Program-made: the position numbers and the translations under genes
Origin: Oligoflexia bacterium
GTDB lineage: Bacteria; Bdellovibrionota; UBA1018
Assembly (NCBI GenBank): GCA_043732485.1
Contig: JAYTHP010000152.1
Coordinates: forward strand, 1 to 11,903
Reading direction: 5' to 3'
Length of the DNA: 11,903 bases
Part shown: positions 8,120 to 11,903 of the stretch, one piece after another
Numbering within the stretch: the stretch's first letter is position 1
Layout: every line of letters starts with the position of its first letter
Notes under the pieces: generated by a model
Told to the model about the DNA's origin: nothing
The model's database searches: none
Seen by the model: the letters and a program-made list of their open reading frames with translations, nothing else

Positions 8120-8854
8120 ATGGGAGCACAGTGGAAGCATGCGGGACGCATTGAGAATTCTTCAAAGCGAGGCGCGTTAATCAGTAAGTTAGTCAAAGAA
8201 ATCATGGTGGCTGCTAAGAATGGCGATCCTTTGCCGGAAAATAACGCGCGGCTGCGGGCCGCCGTTGAGGCTGCGAAAAAGGCTTCCGTTCCGCGGGAGA
8301 ACATCGAGCGCGCGGTGAAAAAAGGGGCAGGTCTTTTAGACGGCCAAGTGCAGTTTGAGTTGGTCACTTACGAGGGCTTTACCCCTCACCAGGTGGCGGT
8401 GATGGTGGAGTGTTTGACCGATAATAAAAATCGCACGGCAGCTGACCTTCGGTTGCTTTTTCGCAAAGGCTCTTTGGGGTCGTTAGGGAGCGTAGCTTGG
8501 ATGTTTGAGCGGTTGGGAGTGGTGGAGATGGTCACCGCCGCTGGGGCGGGAGCGAGCTTTGATGTCGAAGAGGTGGCCATCGAGGTAGGAGCGCAAGCGG
8601 TGGAGCTTTTGCAAGCCTTTGAACTCGGTGGGGGGCAGACCGGAGCACGTTTTTTTTGTGATCCCAGTGATTTAGAGACGGTGAGTCAGCAGCTTACGCA
8701 GCGTTACGGGCAGGTGATTCTCTCAGAATTGAGTTATCAAGCCAAAAATAAGCTTGAGCTGGCGGAAGAACAAAAAAACGAAGTCATAGACTTCCTCAAT
8801 ACGCTGGATGAGCACGACGATGTGCACCGAGTGTATGCAGCACTGAAGACTTGA
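8120..8854 (+). CDS. yebC: YebC/PmpR (TACO1)-family protein
   Basis: MGAQWKH start, KLVKEIMVAAKNGDP..ENNARLRAAVEAAKKASVPRENIERAVKKG, YEGF, VECLTDNKNRTAA, GSVAWMFERLG, LDEHDDVHRVY. RBS AAGGGAG; 244 aa is typical for the family. Confidence 0.95.
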   Translation: MGAQWKHAGRIENSSKRGALISKLVKEIMVAAKNGDPLPENNARLRAAVEAAKKASVPRENIERAVKKGAGLLDGQVQFELVTYEGFTPHQVAVMVECLTDNKNRTAADLRLLFRKGSLGSLGSVAWMFERLGVVEMVTAAGAGASFDVEEVAIEVGAQAVELLQAFELGGGQTGARFFCDPSDLETVSQQLTQRYGQVILSELSYQAKNKLELAEEQKNEVIDFLNTLDEHDDVHRVYAALKT

Positions 8855-9131
8855 AAAGTCCTGCAAAGAGGCGCATAACTTGAACTAAGGCTCGGGCCTC
8901 AGGCTGAATACAGCTGAATGAAGCTAGAATGAGGGAGCCTGTCTCTTGAGATCCAGGAGCGCTCCGAGGCTTACCAGCCAGCGGGGCTGATTTTTGGGTT
9001 TGCCTCAAAAAGCTGTAAAGTCAAGAGTTTACTCGCAGAAAAAAAGTTCTAGCGCTTCTGACAGGCACGAGGCATAGACAAGAGAACATGGAAATGAAAC
9101 CGTGATCCGATCTTTAAAAAAAGGAGTTGAA

Positions 9132-9899
9132 ATGGAATTGAGGCAAGATCAGTCGTTCAAGCAAATGCAGAAGAAGGCAATGAAAGCAGCCATTGTGGTG
9201 AGCTTTTGGCTACTTTCCCCCAAAGCGAGCTTCTTACCCAGTGCTTGTGCGGAGCAAGGAGCAGAAGGCGGGGCTACGGCGGTGAGCACCGAGACCGCAC
9301 CCAGCGAGCCTGAACAGGCTGTAAAAAAAATCGTTAAAAAGAAAAGCACACCCAAGAAAAAAAACCAGGAGACCAAGAGTTCGATGAAAAACCAAGCTAT
9401 TTTTGAAACCTCCTTAGGAGAGATCCAAGTTCAACTTTTTCCGGAGCGTGCTCCCAAGACGGTCGAAAATTTTATTCAGTTAGCCACGGGTAAGAAGTCC
9501 TGGACCACCCCTGCCGGCCAGTCGGTCGAAAAGCCGCTTTATGATGGCACGAAGTTTCACCGGGTGATCCCGAATTTTATGATCCAAGGCGGCGATCCTC
9601 GCGGGGATGGCACCGGCGGGCCCGGCTACAGATTCGCCGATGAGTTTCATCCAGGTCATGAGGAGTTGGATGCTTTTGATGAAGTAGGCATCCTTGCAAT
9701 GGCAAACGCCGGACCCAATACCAACGGCTCGCAGTTTTTTATTACCGTGGTCTCCACGCCTCATTTGAATGGCAAGCATACGATCTTTGGCAAAGTGGTC
9801 AAAGGAATGGAAATCGTTAATAAAATTGTCAAAGTCGAAAGACTTCCGGGCGATCAGCCGAAAGAAACCGTGTTTTTGAAGTCAGTGAAGATTCAGTAG
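9132..9899 (+). CDS. Cyclophilin-type peptidyl-prolyl cis-trans isomerase with signal peptide and Lys-rich linker
   Basis: Motifs [75 protein letters not shown] at 9132 follows AAGGAG (9121-9126); alternative starts are GTG 9102 and ATG 9180. Confidence 0.93.
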   Translation: MELRQDQSFKQMQKKAMKAAIVVSFWLLSPKASFLPSACAEQGAEGGATAVSTETAPSEPEQAVKKIVKKKSTPKKKNQETKSSMKNQAIFETSLGEIQVQLFPERAPKTVENFIQLATGKKSWTTPAGQSVEKPLYDGTKFHRVIPNFMIQGGDPRGDGTGGPGYRFADEFHPGHEELDAFDEVGILAMANAGPNTNGSQFFITVVSTPHLNGKHTIFGKVVKGMEIVNKIVKVERLPGDQPKETVFLKSVKIQ

Positions 9900-10035
9900 A
9901 GGGCTAACGAACGCGAGCCCGTAAACGCGAAGTAGCGGATAAGTGTTGCGCGTTTCTGGTCAGCTGGCGGCAAACGTTAGGGTCATTGAGGCCTCCCCCG
10001 TCAGATGCTTGCAAAAAAGCATGAGTCATTACTAG

Positions 10036-10097
10036 AAGGGCTTGAACGGGTTTTAGTTTTTTGCTAGCAACCCGCTTCGGGCTCTTTTTTTATTTTT
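10036..10097 (+). terminator. Long hairpin plus U-tract, likely terminator downstream of the cyclophilin gene
   Basis: AAGGGCTTGAA-CGGGTT (10036-10052) pairs with AACCCG-C-TTCGGGCTCTT (10069-10086), using G-U wobbles that work on the + strand. The stem runs into T7-A-T5 (10085-10097). Confidence 0.55.
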
Positions 10098-10237
10098 AGG
10101 GACCGCAAGTGTACCATCCCTGCCACTTCTGTGGTCCCCTGAGCGAGATGATCCCCGCAGAAAATGGGAGATAGGCCTGCGCGAGTGTTGCTCAGGGTCA
10201 GGGACCGCTTGGGTGGTATTTCAAGGCCGTCTTTGCG
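10098..10237 (+). ncRNA. Candidate structured non-coding RNA (rod-like fold; family unassigned)
   Basis: Nested helices 10112-10119/10211-10218, 10131-10138/10201-10208, 10139-10146/10188-10195 and 10156-10160/10177-10181. Non-Watson-Crick pairs are G-U on the + strand. No credible ORF. Confidence 0.35.
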
Positions 10238-10656
10238 TTGCTGCGATCGCTTTGGTGAACGCCTTGCTGATGTTAATTTTTATCAATAAAATTGAATACT
10301 TGAGTGATGAGTTGTGGCTTCGAAGTAGTTCTCTTAGCCACAACTTGTGATAGGGCTTAAAAGGAGGGGGATCCTGGCCTGACCTGAAGTGACTTGATTG
10401 ACTAACTTCAAGGTTCCCTGCCGTAAAAAAAGACACACCTTGCTAAGCTGAGTGCGGTCCTTTATGCTGGTAAGAGTAAGGTTTGAGAAGTCCTTTTTCG
10501 AGCAACTAAAGTTGAGTAGACAAAAAATTGCTCTTTTGTAAAAAAGTTTCGAGACAGCGGCGGCTGATGCTTCGGCAGGAGTGAGGAAAGATTCTAGGGC
10601 AGCGCAAATTGTGCGCCTTGGAGCGTGTGCAAAAAATTGCACGAAAGGAGTGTCTT

Positions 10657-11046
10657 ATGAAAAATAAGGAACTGATTTATTTTTTATCGGAAACTCACCA
10701 CTCGACCCATCAGCCAGCTATCCTAGTCGTGCATTTAGTGGGACCCCTTTCCAAGTTCAATGAACCCATTTTTCAGAGATGTCAGGACCAAATTCAACAA
10801 TCGAAAGCGATTTTTTTGGTGATTAACTTTCGTGACGTTCCTCCTGCTATTGACCCGCTTTTTTTTGTCATGCTCGCGGCGGTGCGGGGTTTTCTTGAGG
10901 CCCGCTCGGGGATGTTGAGATTTAGCGGTGTGCATCCGGAATTAAAGGGGCTGCTGTTGAATCATCACATTGCCTCACAAGCAGAGATCTCTGACCATTT
11001 GGTGGATGCTTTAAAGAGCTTTTCAACTGAAAGCGTTCCTGCTTAG
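10657..11046 (+). CDS. STAS-domain (anti-sigma-factor antagonist-like) protein, 129 aa
   Basis: ATG at 10657 follows AAAGGAG (10644-10650). Pattern ILVVHLVGPL...FLVINFRDV..ID...MLAAVRGFLEARSGMLRFSGVHPELKGLL...ISDHLVDAL follows the STAS layout. Confidence 0.75.
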   Translation: MKNKELIYFLSETHHSTHQPAILVVHLVGPLSKFNEPIFQRCQDQIQQSKAIFLVINFRDVPPAIDPLFFVMLAAVRGFLEARSGMLRFSGVHPELKGLLLNHHIASQAEISDHLVDALKSFSTESVPA

Positions 11047-11201
11047 TATCTCTCATCTCACCTGATTTCGTCTTGTCATCGAAGGTCCTCTTGAGCCATC
11101 TTGGCCTATGACTTTTAGTGTAGCTTTTACTGAAGTCTTGGTTCAGCTAAGCGACTTTTTACTGATCAAATTTTACTAAAAATAAAAAAAATAGCTTTTG
11201 C

Positions 11202-11808
11202 TTATTTTAGCGACGATCCCTGTGAGTGGCTTCGCTGGGTATGGCGTTGGGTTGAGGGACCTGGCAGCCCAAATTAATTGTCACCCCAGCATTTCAGTTG
11301 CCCGGATTAGAAAAAAGCGCAACTGTGGGAGGCCCCTAAAGTAATCGAATTGACGTTCTCCAGTCGCACGACGTGCGTTTGATCGCAGTTAAAGGGCTTC
11401 GTCGTTATGTTGCTGGATCTAATGCCCTGGTGCGGGCAACTTCTGGCCCTCTCCCCAGCACTCTAATTGATTTTGATTGAAAAGAGCGCACGAGTGCCAA
11501 GCGCCTGAGGTGAAAAAGACCGGTGGATTGGCCTGCCGGTGGAAAATGCGTTGAGAGTGGCCAACGGGTGCTGGTGGGGTGGAGGGCCGCCGTTTCCAGT
11601 AGTGTCTATCGCTTCCCCTTTGCGATAAGAGACACTGCTCGTGCGCAGGGTGCACGTTGACTGAGGCCTCAGGCGGGGTGAAAAAAAGGGGTGGTGGTGG
11701 TTCGGTTGATGGGCTCTGAGGGGCTGCGGCGTTGGTGGGGGTCGCGTTGGAGATGAGGCGGGGTAGGAGAAACTCATGGGGTTGAGTAGCGGGGGACCAG
11801 GGACTACC
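11202..11808 (-). pseudogene. RCC1/BLIP-II-repeat protein pseudogene
   Basis: Repeat 1 VFFTSGAWHSCALFNQNQLECWGEG (11520-11446), a frameshift near 11420-11445, then repeat 2 LENVNSITLGASHSCAFF*SGQLKCWGDN*FG with in-frame TAA at 11307-11309 and 11274-11276. Matches the RCC1 pattern GxxHxCAL...LxCWGxNxxG. The 5' boundary is uncertain and may extend past the window. Confidence 0.75.
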
Positions 11809-11903
11809 TCAGGCGGACCTCTTGAATACTTGATCCATTTGGTCGTTGATTATTGATTCGCAGCTTCTGCAGGGCGCTGAGAGGGTGGATGTCGGTGGAT
11901 GCG

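Noticed and set aside
8026..9779. Minus-strand ORFs opposite yebC and the cyclophilin gene
   Set aside because: Antisense shadows with no independent support.
10221..10642. Minus-strand ORFs 10221-10436 and 10334-10642
   Set aside because: No recognisable domain or convincing RBS, and they overlap each other and the probable STAS promoter region. A small orphan gene cannot be fully excluded.
11113..11177. Four TTTTA(C/G)T copies downstream of the STAS gene
   Set aside because: Short, AT-rich and irregularly spaced (12, 32, 14 bp); not a CRISPR or iteron array.
11274..11309. Stop-codon reassignment (TAA=Gln, or TGA=Trp at 144-146)
   Set aside because: yebC and the methyltransferase end at TGA at expected positions, the restored paralog ends at TAA, intact genes have no in-frame stops, and the RCC1 relic also has a frameshift. 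Pseudogenisation is the simpler explanation.
1..11903. CRISPR array, tRNA or rRNA genes
   Set aside because: No regularly spaced 23-47-bp repeats, cloverleaf with T-loop consensus, or rRNA-like sequence was seen.

Overview
An 11.9-kb bacterial chromosomal window using the standard code (TGA and TAG both end intact genes). In order it contains: (1) the 3' end of an IS5-family transposase and its right terminus; (2) a tandem pair of paralogous, signal-peptide-bearing, LRR-like genes on the minus strand, one intact (430-1515) and the upstream copy (1546-2679) broken by three frameshifts that the ORF track hides; (3) an RlmI-like rRNA methyltransferase divergent from a TonB-dependent receptor, with a perfect 15+15-bp Fur-family-like palindrome between them; (4) yebC; (5) an exported cyclophilin; (6) a hairpin-rich spacer containing a candidate ncRNA; (7) an atypical STAS-domain gene; and (8) an RCC1-repeat pseudogene with a frameshift and two in-frame TAA stops. 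Together the IS, pseudogenes, long spacers, low-complexity insertions and repeat proteins suggest, by inference only, a host-associated or predatory lineage (possibly Bdellovibrionota/deltaproteobacteria-like) under relaxed selection. No database searches could be run.
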